A stretch of 64,000 nucleotides of DNA, from positions 1 through 64,000 of the forward strand of contig JAAILG010001248.1 in assembly GCA_012026655.1 (NCBI GenBank), read 5' to 3'. Shown here in pieces: positions 38,546-52,145 of the stretch; within the stretch, counting starts at the first letter, position 1; each line of letters begins with the position of its first letter. The stretch comes from Hydrolagus affinis (lineage: Eukaryota). The translations under genes and the position numbers were made by a program. The notes under the pieces are model-generated. The model was not told where the DNA came from, made no database searches, and saw only the letters and a list, made by a program, of their open reading frames with translations.

Positions 38546-39849
38546 CATACAATCATTTAGTGTAAGATATAGAAATTGGACCTTTCACAACCTTTTTGTT
38601 CATCAGCCTGGATCATTTTGTCTGTTAAATGTCTAATTACTGGTTAGCATTATTGCTTTGAAAAGGCAGGAAAAACTTGCAAAAAACAAACAAAACAATA
38701 AATATGTTTTTATTTATTTTCCTGCAAATATGTTTGATCAGAATGCAAGTGTTTGCAAGTTGTTGAGCTTGAGTACTCCATTAGGTCAAATGCGGTTCAA
38801 ATGGAATCTATGGGGGATAATTGTACACCAAATACTTTCCCCTGTCTAGACAGGCAGTTCTTGGACTGTTGAAAGGTTTCTTTTACTGGCAGAAAGGGCA
38901 TTTGTCACAATAACTGGCCAAGCAAACAAAAAACGATGATGGGTTAACATTCTGACAAGATAGACCGACATTTGTGAGTTTGGAACTCCACATGTTTAAG
39001 TTACATGATCCACTTGGGGGCGGGGGGGAGAAAATACATCAGAATTTATAGGAGATTCGAGAGAACAAAAAAAAATCAAACTCTACAAAAGTTTGTCCTT
39101 GTATACACTTGGGTTACAATCCGAAACACGGATTAAATAAAACCTACAAAGTTAGTAAATTGCACGCATCTTCAGTATTCACGAAGGAAAAAAGTTCACT
39201 TCTACTTTTATAAAGTGGGCCCTCATAAGGTTAGAAGGGTGGCTTGTAAAACCTGCCAAAGTTGTCTTTGGCTCATGGACCAGCCAGCTTCCTGCTTGCT
39301 AAAAAAAAAATGGCTGATTTCCCGGTTGGCCGATGCTGTGTACAGTATGCTGCCCATACGTCTTCATGGGGGACGTGATATGCTGAGGAATGATGTAAGT
39401 GCCACCTCTGGCACACAGGCAGATACATGGGTGACACGCAGGAAGTGACACAACACCCCAGACGTTTAGCGTTTCTACGTGCTTCCTTTTAAAGTGGAAT
39501 CTGAACCATTAGCCTGCCTTACAACAAGATTGTCCTGAGTTTTAAAGACTCTTCTATTGCATGCTGTCCATCTGACTGTTTCTACGTCTAGTTTGGGTCT
39601 GAAATACTGTCTGTCCAGTGCCTGGAACGTCCTCCCGACATGAAAGGCGCTGCACAATTGTAATTTTTTGTTGTTGTAGTTTTACTAAAATGGGGGTCCA
39701 GAATTTCACCTAGTCTTTGACTGTAAAACAATTTATTTTTAAATTTAAGATTGTGCAGAATAGTTCATTTCAGTTTTTATTTGGGGTTAGTGACCTGGGC
39801 CTTCCCACCTTTTGTTTTTAAAGAACTGTGGAAAACCAGTTTCCAAATG

Positions 39850-40250
39850 CCATTATCTTGCACATGTGAGAATCATCCACAGTTTTGCTCCACTCTACCT
39901 CGGGGATCTTCTAAAACCCTATCAACCTGCCTGCTTGCTCCAATCAGCAGGCACTGGGTTGCTTCATATCCCCCATTCTTCTCCCACCCTACCCTCATCT
40001 CCCTCTTTCCATCACCACAATTTGGAACTCCAATCAGAAGTCCATTCACCTCGCCCTTCGCTCGTCTCTTTCAACATTCATCTCAAGACCTTCCTCTTTG
40101 CCCATGCATTTGGATATCCTGCAACCCCCGTCCCCCCATTCCTCCCGAATGTAATTCCCAGCTTAGGTTGGCTATCCATCACCTTGGAACTTGACTATCC
40201 AACTTGCCTATCCAATACCTTGGAATGTCCTCCCACGTGAAAGCCACTAA
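39850..40250 (+). mobile_element. Degenerate L2 3' end
   Basis: APLYLGDLLKPY, tggaactcc, FNIHLKTFLF; tail remnant. Confidence 0.65.
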
Positions 40251-41837
40251 ATTAATTTGTTGGTTTTTGGATTGAGAGTGTGGTTGGGTAATCACGGAAA
40301 GATCAGAGTGCAAACCTCCCCTGACACACAGCTTGGTCTTTTTTTTGCATGCAGAAACCCATCATGATGCTTAAGAGCCTGCCAACCACACAGAATTCCA
40401 TGCATCTCATCTACATATGGCAATTTCCATTCCTTGAATGGAATGCACACTCTTTCCCTGGTGGGTTGCATCCTACTTCCAAAAGGCAAGGCTTGGGGAC
40501 AACAGAAAGTGTGTCAGGATAGTGCTGGAGTCAAACCAACATTCATGTGGGTTGGGGGTTGGAGCAGTGTCATTGTACATTGAGCAGGAGTGGTTGATTC
40601 TAAGCTTCGCTAGTCTGGAAACAGTGATGTGTGCGCTATTAAACCTGGGATCTTTTCTGATCTGTATGGCTCAACACCACATTATGTGGTACAATTTCCT
40701 ACTTAGCTATTGGGGAAGCATCATTGCAATACTCTAGTCCCATCAGGCTATCTAGTCATTATGTACATTAACGCATACATCGATGGAAGAAAGCAGCATA
40801 TTTTAACTGAGGAAAATTGGATAGCATTCCTTTCCACTTACAATAGGAGCCTATTCTTTATAGTGGAAAAAACAGAGTAAAGCTTACAGCTTCAATGCAC
40901 ATAACTGACGGTAACATTTAGTGCCTTCAATAACTGGCACAATTATAAAAATAGTTTTCATTCTTAATATTGGCCAAAAGGGTATCGAGGGCCCAGCAGC
41001 ATGATCCTATTTGTGATTTTGAGCAGTGAAGTAAAAGGAAAATAGATTCCAGCACGCCTAGGCTCCATTCCTGCTTTAATAAGAACACTAAAACAATTGT
41101 GCCTCACTCCACCGTTTAATTGAGAAAACATTGAGCTTGTCTTCAGTTCATGATGAAGCAAATCTCTACTGCTACATGACCTTGTGGAGTTAATTGGCAA
41201 ACTAAATAAAGCATGTCTCATTTTTCTTACCCACTTATACTGGACTGAAATGATAGACTGGGTATGCATTAATAAGTGTCGTCAATTATTCATTTGGGCA
41301 CTTGTTTTACCCACTGTTAAAGGTGAATGGAAAGCAATCAATAAGGAGAAACTCCACTCAGGTCTAGATTTACTCTATTTATGTAACATTTCAGAGTGTT
41401 CAGAATTTGGCAATATTTTAAATTACAGCCTTAATTTTTTAAGCTGGTTTGCTATAAGTTCTTTTGGGAGAACAACATGTTGTCGAATTCTGAAATGCAA
41501 CATAAATAAGAGTAAATGTTAAACCATGCTGGAATTTCTACCCACAAGAGAGGAAATCCCTGAGGCATATTTCCTCTCCCTACCAGTCGGATGACGTTAA
41601 TTTCAACATACTGACTGAAATCAATTTGCCACTTTTGAAATACCAATGAAAATAAATTAATTATCATTTGTTTCCTTTACAAAGGTTTTTTAAAAATAAT
41701 TTGTTGTCTTATTTTCTTTAAAAAATCTTTAGTTAGCTTGTCCTCACCAAAACCAGGTGCACAGACCTCAATGGTGTCTTGTCCTGTATCCTCCTATGAA
41801 ACTGTTGGATTAAACTGTACCTGTCCCTGGATCTCAC

Positions 41838-41960
41838 CTTCACAATTCTGTCCATCTGTCGAGACTGCGAATCCCTGCTCACACATGCAATAGAAGGAAC
41901 CCTCTGTGTTCTGGCATTCCCCATTAGCACAAAGCTGTGATGTCAGGCACTCATTCACAT
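41838..41960 (-). CDS. LTBP1: LTBP1 cbEGF exon (DVNECLTSQLCANGECQNTEGSFYCMCEQGFAVSTDGQNCE)
   Basis: 123 nt; ttccag| ... |gtgaga; inside ORF 41794..42111. Confidence 0.95.
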
Positions 41961-42869
41961 CTGGAAAAGAGCAATGTTTTTTTTTGTGTGTGTGGAAACA
42001 ACAATAAAAACTACATTTCTTGTACATTGACACAAGCCTCCAGTTATTCCTTCTTAAAGTGGAGGGACACAGCAGGGGGGCCTGGAAATGTCTTTTCCAA
42101 AATCTCAGCATGAGATTACCTTGGTCTCCAGGAAAAGGTCACATTGCAGCAGATGTGATATCTGCTGGGTTTTTGTTTGTTTGTTGAAGGTTACTATTGT
42201 TATTGGCACTGACAAAATTTAATAGTTCATTTGGCATTATTTTTTGAAGCTTCTAACTCTCTAATTGTTCCCCATGTTATCTTCTCCTTTATCTATTACC
42301 CTGGCTCTAACCTACAGCCCTCGAGACCTTGGCACAAAACTGATTGGTGCTCCACTCCTCCCCTCCTGATAATGATTTCATCTGTGAGGTTATTCTTCCA
42401 CATATTTTTTCCCTTTTGGCATTCACTGTCTACCAAATACTTCCAACTTTGGCACAGGTTAGATACAGAACAAGTTTCCTTCTAACAATGGGCACCATTT
42501 GGTAACCATTCTACTGCTTATTGACTTGCCATAATATTCTAAGTTCTTGTGACAATGTGATGGTTGGAGTCTATAAAATCCCAACCAGTGCAATAACAGG
42601 ACCCAATCTGTGTGGATCAGCACACAGAAGACAAAATGATTTCTTTCATGCTGCTCATGACCTGATGATTCAGATTTCTGCTATTTTGACTTCCCTGCAC
42701 TGGCCAGTAATGTGAAGTATTGATAGAGTGAGCTGGTGTGCATATTTTAGATTTCTTGGGTAAGTAAATCTATATCAGTGCAACAGATTGTATCTGTCAC
42801 ATCAACCATCTGCCTTCTCTGAATGGGATCACTGGAGCTGAAGCAGATCTGTAATGTGGGTGTGCAGAT

Positions 42870-43319
42870 TCCCCAATCACCCAGTCCTTGCCAGACTGCA
42901 ATGGCTCCCTTTTCTGGAGAGGATCAATTTCGAGATCCTCACTTTGGTTTTCAAATCTCTCCACTCCTCTACACCGCTCTACCTCTTTGACCTCCTCTCT
43001 CCTCACAACAGCACCAGTTGCCTTCACTCCACCAGATCTGGCCTCCTCCTTGACCCCCGAATACTCCGCTCCACCATCGGCGGCCGAGCCTTCAGCCACC
43101 ACGCCTCGAGGCTCTAGAATTCCCTTCCTCACTCCCTTCGCCTCACTCGCTTTCTTCCTATTTTCAGGTCTTGGCTAAAGACCTTTTTTTTCGACCGCGT
43201 CTTTGGTCACCTTTTTCCCTTTCCCCCTGGATCAGCCCTGGGATCTATTATTGGGAAATGCTCTGAGATGCCGTCCGGCATGGAGGGCGCTATTTAAATC
43301 CATGTTGTTGTTGTTGTTG
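42870..43319 (+). mobile_element. L2 LINE 3' end (tail type A)
   Basis: PVLARLQWLPFLERINFEILTLVFKSLH..., TIGGRAFSHHA; (GTT)n tail. Confidence 0.9.
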
Positions 43320-44162
43320 CAGCCATCTCAGAATTGGATTTGGATTGCCTCTATCACATTGCACAATGGACCTCCAGTGCTGTTACATAAAGGAAACATT
43401 CAACACACTTTGACACCTTATTGCGCTCTTTAGGATCATTGTCCATGCTCTGTGTAAACGAAAATCACAATGGAGATTTTATGGAATGATTACAAATACC
43501 CTTCCCCAAAGTAATTGTTTTATTTAATTCCACACGTATTTTGTAATTTTATGGTGAGACAAATTAAATATCCGAAGCAAACAAACATAGCTTGGAAACT
43601 AAGTTGTGCATTAACAACTCTGTGTATGTTCGTGCGACAGTCGAACAGAGCTTTGGTTTCAATTTTAATTTGGAAACAGTTGTTTCACTTCACCATATGA
43701 CCGTTAATTGACAAAATATTGAGGCTTCGCAAAACCACAATAACGTCCAACTAAATGCAGGTCTCTGGTAACTTTTTAATAGTTCGGTGACAAAAAGTGT
43801 GTGAATGTTCCAGTACTCCACCCCATAGCAGATGCAGATTCAATCCTCATATTCCCAATCTAAAGCAGCTTGCCGTGGACTGATACTACATTGGGAGCAA
43901 GAAGGAATATCAGTGGATTGATCTTCAAGCTCATGTCTACCAGGTTTCAGTTCAGATTGATACTGGCAGAAACCATAGAAAGCAAGCAGTATGTAGTCCA
44001 GCAAGACTGGTAGATGGGGAACGGTGGGGCTAATGTGACCAGCAACTTCCCACAGCAATGAGACATTTACTGACAAATGTAGATTACTGCAATATACTGC
44101 AAAAGCAGCCACCTACAAGGAAATGATATGTGTTCAATGTGGTTTCAACAACTGTAACCTAC

Positions 44163-44285
44163 CTTCACACCTTACATTATGCACCAGTTGGAAGCCACTT
44201 GGACATACGCACATAAAGGAGCCTTCTGTGTTCATGCACAAACCTCCCTGACAGGCATCTCCATCTTCTTGGCATTCGTCAATGT
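44163..44285 (-). CDS. LTBP1: LTBP1 cbEGF exon (DIDECQEDGDACQGGLCMNTEGSFMCVCPSGFQLVHNVRCE)
   Basis: 123 nt; ttacag| ... |gtaggt; translated by hand. Confidence 0.95.
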
Positions 44286-46675
44286 CTGTAATCATACAGC
44301 AAATGATTTCAGAAACCTGTCAAGCTCTCTAATAAACCTGATACACTTTATTGTTCCCTCAATAACAGGGACCTGCACTCAAAGAGAAAAATGCTTCTTG
44401 TGCAAGTTGCTTTATGTCTGGTTGCCAAAGTCATCCTAATAAAGAGAACCAATTACAATGAGGAGGGCTGAGTGATTCTTCATCTTTAACAACAGTGTAC
44501 CATTGTAAGTGAATAGTGTTAGCCAAAATAACTTGTCCATTCTCAGAGTAAACACAGATGAGCTGAATTATTGCTCTGTGTGCAGTTACAGGATGGAATA
44601 TATGAACCTCCAACATTTACCTGGCTCTGGAGTAGATTTGTGGCTGTCTGTCAGATATTGCAATACACAATTGTTCACTATCTCCTGACATGAAACGGGC
44701 TAAATGAAGTGAGCGAAGAATATTTGCCATTGAGCACACTTGATAGACCAAACGACAGACTGCAGTTTCTCCTCCAATAAAGAAACATGGTATCCTTTAC
44801 ATCCAGCTGAAGAGGCAGGCCTTAAATTTGACCTCTCATCCGAACAGTGACACCTTCAATCGTACAACATTCCAGTGTTAAAGTCTAGAATCAGAGTCGA
44901 AATCCTGATGGGAGTGGGTGACATGAACTCGTAACATTCTGATTCAGAAGTGAGTGTGCTACAAATTGAGCCAACCCGACACAATTTTATTCTGTAAAAA
45001 TTCTCAAGAGCCTCAAATTTGGTTTCTTGTTCTCCACTTGGAAATATAATGAATCTTGGGCGTGTGCACTTAAAATTGAATTTTCCAACAAACGGACAGA
45101 ATAATCCCTACTGTTTAAGAGCAATGTAGGGGAACATTCTCTGTTTGTGCCTCAGCCAGCTAGGAAACATCTGCACACTTGCAACATCACTCAAAAGTCT
45201 TCCCATTTTGTCTCAAACTTTCTCTCTTGCTCTCAATCATTCTTGTTGCGAAAGCTTTGCTTCAGGCTAACTAAACATAGTTGCTACCATTTTGCCGGTT
45301 AAAGTGAATGAGGTCTCGACCTCTGAATGAGGTTGTAAATATAACAAAGGTGCACCAGAAAGTAAAGCATGCTGGCATCTCCAGTGGATTTTTTCGGTCA
45401 GCCTGGGTGTCTCACACCTGTAAAAACCCTCACCATGCTTAATGGATCCAAAACAGATGGAGAATGAAAATTCCCATGCCTCGAATAGAATGTGCACTTT
45501 CAGGCTGAAGGAGTCCTTGCCCATCTCCACCCGAGCAGAGTAGTCATTAATTGGTCATCACCGTCTCACATCGCCAGCTGCCGAAACTCTTGTACATGCA
45601 TTCATAACATCAAGGCTTGACCATACTTGTTAACCTCCCCCCAACTCCTGGCTCCATAGGTCTCCCACGATCAATTTATCTGGGAGATTATTGGCCAGGA
45701 CATGGGAGAGGAATTCCCTTCTCTTTCAAATAGGGCCATAGGATCTTTAACATCCACCTAAACAGGCAGTTGGACCTTGGTTTAAGATCTCATCTGAAGG
45801 ACAGTATTTTATGAAGCAGCATTGAAATGCCATACTCCACAACAGCAACACTGGTGCTAAAAGTTTCAGCCCATTCCACTGTAGTCAGGATTGGGCATAA
45901 AGACAACTGGCAGAAGTCCCTAATTAACAACTAGAAAATGTGATGTTAATCAATCACAGATTCAGTAGAATGTTCCTGCACAGATTCAAGAAAAATTATA
46001 CCTGCTTTTAGATTTACTCCATTTATGCAACATTTCACAACATCAAGAATTTGGCAAATTCTTAAATGAAGACTTAATTATGAAGTGGTTTTCTGGAAGT
46101 CTTTTACGAACTTACAAAAAAAAACTTCACAATTCATTTCTTTTAAAAACTTACAACACAATTGATTTTAAAATTAAGTCTGAATTTAACAATTTGTGAA
46201 ATTCTGGACACTTTGAAATGCTCCATAAATAGAGTGAATGTGGACCCAGGTGGAATTTCTCCCCATCAATGTATTAATCCACAGAATAGATTGACTACAA
46301 AATACAGTTACTGTACTGTATTTCACAGAACATTCTGTGAGGCACTTTGAGATGTCTTCCCGATGTAGTAATAATAACAATCTTTGCATTTGATATTGCA
46401 CTTTTCACATCTTTTAGATGTCTCAAAATGCTTCACAGCGCTTGAATCGCTGGATTGAGTGACCCAATTTGTTTTTTGAGGGATTATTATCAGGCTTGTG
46501 GAGTAGGGAAACTTGCCCAAGGTTTCGCCCACTGCCATTCCCCCCTGTCACATGTGCTATATCAAATGCAAGGATCATTATGATATATTAATAATTTTGA
46601 ACATAAAATATTTCACAAAGAGCTCGAAACACTTCCATAAATGTGTTGCTTCAGTTCTCCTGAAGATAATTATAC

Positions 46676-46798
46676 CTTCGCACTGGTCTCCTGTGGTCGT
46701 CAGAGTGTAGCCAGAGTTACATTCACAGTAAAAGGAAGCCTCTGTATTCCTGCATTGTCCATTGGTGCACAGTACAGCATCCTGACACTCATCTGCAT
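46676..46798 (-). CDS. LTBP1: LTBP1 cbEGF exon ([41 protein letters not shown])
   Basis: 123 nt; gtgcag| ... |gtataa; inside ORF 46578..46823. Confidence 0.95.
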
Positions 46799-47672
46799 CT
46801 GCACCCAACAGCAAACAATACATTAATTGTCTGTTTTATGAGGCCATAACTTTTAGCCAACAGCACAATATATTGGAACAGAGAATCGTATTAGAAAATA
46901 ATACAAGAAGCCTATTTCCGAAAATAATGGGCACTCACTTCACAGAACCTGATTTGAAAATCAAAATAGCAGATAAGGAGCATCTTGAACAAAGTAAGAA
47001 TATATAAAAGTATATGAGGATTAATGCCCTCATTTAACTTCTTGATTCTGTTGTCTCCACCTTGCCTGCTCTATAACCTCCATTAAATCCCACTTTAAAA
47101 CCTACCTGTCCAGCCATACCTATAATCACCTCTCCCTTCTCCCTTGCCCTGCATCCACTGCCAAGTTTTCCAAGACATTAGCCCACATAAAAGACACTAT
47201 ATAGATTCAAGTTGTTGTTGCCCTGAGCTTCTTAATTCTCTTCCAGCAGTACAGCAAAGTGGAGCAGGAAAATGGGTTTCTGCTCCTAATCACATTGACT
47301 GGAGGCTGAGGGGTTCTCTAAGCCCTTACTTAGAACTCAGATTTCAGCTCTTAGCCATGCGACAAGCTGTTGAAAACCAGTAAGAAAACAATCCCATTCA
47401 AATATGGTTCCTTGAAAGCTCTTGGGCCATCCATTGCAAGGCTCAAAAAAGTTTCAGGAACAATTTGGTAGAACTGCCAGGAACTGATCCCTTTGGCAGA
47501 GAAATTTCATCAGAAAAAGAAAGGAGGTAACAGACTTTTGTTTGAAAATAAGCTCCAAATTTTGAACAAGTTGCTTGATCATTTTTATTTTAGGAGCACA
47601 GCTGAATATTTTGGTGGCCGAAGGCTAACAGGCTGCTGCAAACGTTAATCTCTGTGCACTAATAATGGTTAC

Positions 47673-47795
47673 CTTTGCACAATTTGCCATCGGGAGACGG
47701 TTCATACCCTCGGTAGCAAGAGCAGATGAAGCTGCCCTCTTGGTTGGAACATCTGCCATTGGCACAAGTCGACCGATCCAAGCACTCGTTAATGT
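47673..47795 (-). CDS. LTBP1: LTBP1 cbEGF exon (DINECLDRSTCANGRCSNQEGSFICSCYRGYEPSPDGKLCK)
   Basis: 123 nt; tctcag| ... |gtaacc; translated by hand. Confidence 0.95.
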
Positions 47796-48025
47796 CTGAG
47801 ACCAAACAAAACAAATTTATCATTTGAAAAGATCAGAGCAGATGTCACAGCGATATCATAAACATATGTCAATTCATAGCAGATGCAAAAAAAAATCTTT
47901 GCATTTTGGTACAGTGCTTTCATGTTCGAAGTACTACCCAAAGATCTTCATAGGGTATACTGTCAAGTGTAGTGACAATGTATTTATATGTGAACTCAGC
48001 AGCCCAACTACACACAACAATAATA

Positions 48026-48234
48026 CAGTAAAAGCCCCTTTATCTGGCACCCTCGGGACCTGGCCAATGCCAGTTAAAGTGCCTGCCAGTTATTCGGCCA
48101 AAGACGCCCCTCACCCACAAAAAATAATAATCTTTCCGGATAAATTCCGGATAATTGAATGCGGACCTTTTTTTTTTCAGTGCCGGTTACGGAAGTTACG
48201 GTTGATCGGGTGCTGGATAAACAGGCTTTTACTG
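48026..48234. mobile_element. Tigger/MER2-type MITE (209 bp)
   Basis: 27-bp TIRs CAGTAAAAGCCCCTTTATCTGGCACCC / CAGTAAAAGCCTGTTTATCCAGCACCC; TA on both sides (48024-25, 48235-36). Confidence 0.9.
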
Positions 48235-48239
48235 TAACA

Positions 48240-48640
48240 ATAATAATAATAATCCATGAATTTGATATAGCGCTTTTCACATCTTCTAGACCTCTCAAAG
48301 CACTTCACAGAATACACTGTAAAGTGAATTGACTGAGTTCATCTATAAATACAATGTCCAACAAACAGCTGTGGAGTGAATGACCAATTTTATTTGGGGG
48401 ATTGTTGGCCAGGACACTGAGAGAAACTCCCTTCTCTTTACAAGTACATTTATAGGATCTCTAATGTCCATCTGAATAGGCAGACGGGGTCTCGGTTTAA
48501 CATCTCATCCAAAAGACAAAACCTCCAAATTAAATCCATGCAACACGCTCCTAGCATTACATTGGAGTGTCATCTCAGACTATGTGAGTTGAAATCCCAA
48601 CATGGGACTTGAATCCAAACCTTCTGGCTCAGACATGATT
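48240..48640 (-). mobile_element. Long Deu-domain SINE
   Basis: Tail plus gttggccaggacactgagagaaactccc...aggcagacggggtctcggtttaacatctcatcc. Confidence 0.7.
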
Positions 48641-50829
48641 TCGAACGAGCAATAAAAATAATCTTTTTTTGTATTATTTGCTGTTTCGATTATCGTGGAA
48701 CATTGGCAGCATCTTTCTGCCTTTAGTTAAGTTGAAGACTGACTGAAACCCAGCATGTGACTGGTTATACTTTAGTAATAGAAGACTGAAAAGAGATACA
48801 ATTAAATCGTAATGAACTCCTTACTGTTTGGCCAAGATTATGCTTGGATCAACCGTTTCCATAAACTACAGACAAATGATAATTTGTACCTTTTTTTAAA
48901 ACCTCATGACATTGAATTGTTTGGCATTAAATCAAACTGTAAATGCCACAGTTTGGCGTTCTGTTCTACAACACAAAAGAAACGTTTAAAAATTATATTT
49001 TTTCCTCAAAATGTAAACCATCTAAAGATTAGACTAGATTTGCTCAAACTGACACATTTATTGGGCTTCCCTTTATTGGGCTTAAATGTCTCTGGTTTTG
49101 GTTTTGCCCACAAATATATAGTCAATTCACTTTACAGTATATTCTGTGAAGCGCTTTGAGACATCTAGAAGACATGAAAAGCGCTATATCAAGTGCAAGG
49201 ATTATTACAACAAATAGCAATTTGTGGATTAGCATGTAGTATGCAATCGATCCCCTGGGGGGAGACAAACCCTTCTTCCCTGTGCTGGGGTAGCACACAT
49301 GTGGAATGGCAAAAGCCAAGGTATTAGGGGCCTCAAATGTACAATGAGCTTTCAATGGAACAAATAAAAGAGAACAAATGATCAGTGTGAGGCACTGGGA
49401 AGTTTTCCCAATTCTTGTCCAGATAAGATCATCCTATTCTCTAGAGCTTTAGCTTGCAGGGTTACAGGTAGCTGAGTGGAAATCTTCCTATCCCTCAATG
49501 ACGAATTCACCCCAGCGAGGAATGACTGACAGGAAGCACCCGTTCAGTATTTAATGCCAGTACGTTAAGCGCTGAAGTGCTTCGAGACATCTAGAAGACT
49601 TGAAAACCTCTACATCAAACTCAAGGATTATTATTATTACATTAAGACTGCCACAGAAACCCACAAGCATCCCATTTTCACGCGCAAAATACAATCAGTT
49701 CACTTTACAGCATACTCTGTGAAGCACATTGAGACGTCTCAAAGCTGTATCAAATGCATGTACTGTAGTATCATTATCATAATGATTGCAAAATACTTCT
49801 TGTGCATAGATTTTCACATACAAATGCACAGCCACTACAAGTTTTCAGTAAATCCTGAGAAGCACTTTCTAACATGAAGGGTAGAGTATCAAATGCAAGG
49901 ATTATTTTATTATGTAGACTTCTTCATCAATAAAATAATCAAATCTGACCCCCAGTTCATGGGGTTCTGCAAAAATAATTGAATAAAAGGAGACCCTGTT
50001 ATAAATGATTGGCTCGGTCTAATGTCTCCCCGACAGTAACAACCACTAATGTCACATCTTGCACATACGCATCAATCGCAGGAGCCACTGGTGACATCAA
50101 TTCCTTTGGCAAGTGGCTTTGGGAGGGCTTATTGCTCTTGGACAGCATTCAGTGTGTACAGGAAGTAAACATTGGCGGCAGATCCTGCACAAACTGCACA
50201 TGCGCACAGGAGATGACATCAGCGACGATGCCATACCCCCAGAAGTCATTCATTGTTCAGCAAGGGAAGCATGGAACAGAAGAAGGGAGCTCTTCTAGTG
50301 TTCACCTGTATTTGTAAATGGAACAAGCTACAGCTGCAAACATTGGGGAATTCACAAAACCATTAGTGGGTGGTGATTCTCAGATGGGTTCTGGGTTGAT
50401 CTTCTGGAACGCTGCTTTGATGGCTGATATCAGTTCCAACGTTAGTGAATTCAGGTTCCAGGCAGGTTTCCAGAGGTTTCTAGATTGGGACACATCTGGG
50501 ATTCACTACTTAGAAATCATTATTTTTACAAGCCTCACAATTTAATTGCTATTGAAGCAAAAGTCATTTGCTTTGCAAGGCATTTTATTCTGAGAATATT
50601 TGTGAGGCATTCCCAAACTTGCTCTCATGGAGAGTTCAACACCAGTTTTCTGATTTCAATCATAGCTCAGTGGTCTTAAGATGTCTGAATCTGATTAAAA
50701 TCAGAACTGACATAGTCCTAGACTCATTCTCCTTTGTGTATTTGCATGTTTTCTTCAACATTATTAAACATTGAGGGACAAATGTAATGTTTTGTACATT
50801 TAACTGTATATGTATATATGGTTATATAT

Positions 50830-51096
50830 AGATAGACCTCGCTTAACATCTTAACATGGCTTCGGTCAATGCGATTTTGTTAATACGTTCCCGATACATA
50901 GGGGAACATTATTCATTTAACGTTGCGACGTTCGCTATTACATCGTTCGTGTGGGTGGAAACAAACTTCTTTGGGTAGCGTAGGCATACATAGACGCTGA
51001 ACATCTAGTATCCTTGCACGAACTCGCTTAACGTTGTTTCGCTTAAAGTCGCATTTTTCACAAACACAACTGCGACGTTAAAGCAAGGGCTCAGTG
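50830..51096. mobile_element. Degenerate Tigger-like MITE
   Basis: CpG-rich patch bounded by cctcgcttaac and gttaaagcaaggg (partial inverted match); internal ctcgcttaac repeat. Confidence 0.55.
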
Positions 51097-51829
51097 TGGT
51101 TATGCTTCTGGGAAATCAGTAAAGTCTTTTGTTCAATTGAAAAGCAGAGGGTGAATGCTTGCTTTTCAATCTCAACACCAAAAATGATTGTGGACATTCT
51201 AATAATGCTTAGTTTTGATGTAGCACCTTTCACATTGAGCAGGCATCTCAAAGCGCTTTGCAGAATTTATAGTGCATTGCAGTATTTTGTAGGTGAACGA
51301 AGCAGACAATTTGTGTCCAGCAATGTCCCACGAAGACCCATGAAGTGAATGATCTTTTTTATCTTGGGGATTGTTAGCTAGTAGATCCATCTCTTTTTGA
51401 ATAGTGACAGCAGAGCTTTCTGAGCACTGACAATAAAATGTGATTTCCCCGCTCAAAACATACAGAGTCGACTGACACCACTAAAATGTAAGAACAAAAT
51501 GAACAACATTTTAGAACAGATTCAAATTTCCCACACTGATTTTGCTGTGATATGTCACACTTTTATCCCTACAGTATGCAAAGCTTCCCACTGGCATTGC
51601 TGTGTACAATATATAGACCATCTAAATAATGATTACTCTTTTCAAAAATGTATTTTATAACATTAAAACAATCCAGGAAATAGTCAAGGCTCAAACGTTT
51701 GCGCTGCCACCAGATAAACTCATCTGCAAGACCTCAGATCTTCCAGGTGGGCCATACAGGTGTTAATAGAGGCTGATGAAGAAACCATCAAAAAACTGCC
51801 TGACAAGGGGAATTTATAAATAATAATAA

Positions 51830-52145
51830 ATAATCTTTGCATTTGATATATCACTTCATGACATTGTCAAGACATCTCAAAAGCACTTCACAGGATATAC
51901 TGTAAAGTGGAATGATTGTGTATTTTTGTTGGTGAAACGTGCCAGTTGCACACAGCAATATCCCACAAACAGTCATGGAATGGGTGACTCATTTTATCTG
52001 GGGAATTGTTGGCCACGACACAGAGAAAGTGAAACTCTCTTCTCTTTTTAAATAATGTCTTGAAATCTTGAACAGACCTTGAAAAGTCACATGAACAGGC
52101 AGACGGGACTTTGGTTTAACATCTCATCTGAAGGACTACCTTCAA
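51830..52145 (-). mobile_element. Long Deu-domain SINE
   Basis: Same layout as 48240-48640. Confidence 0.7.
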
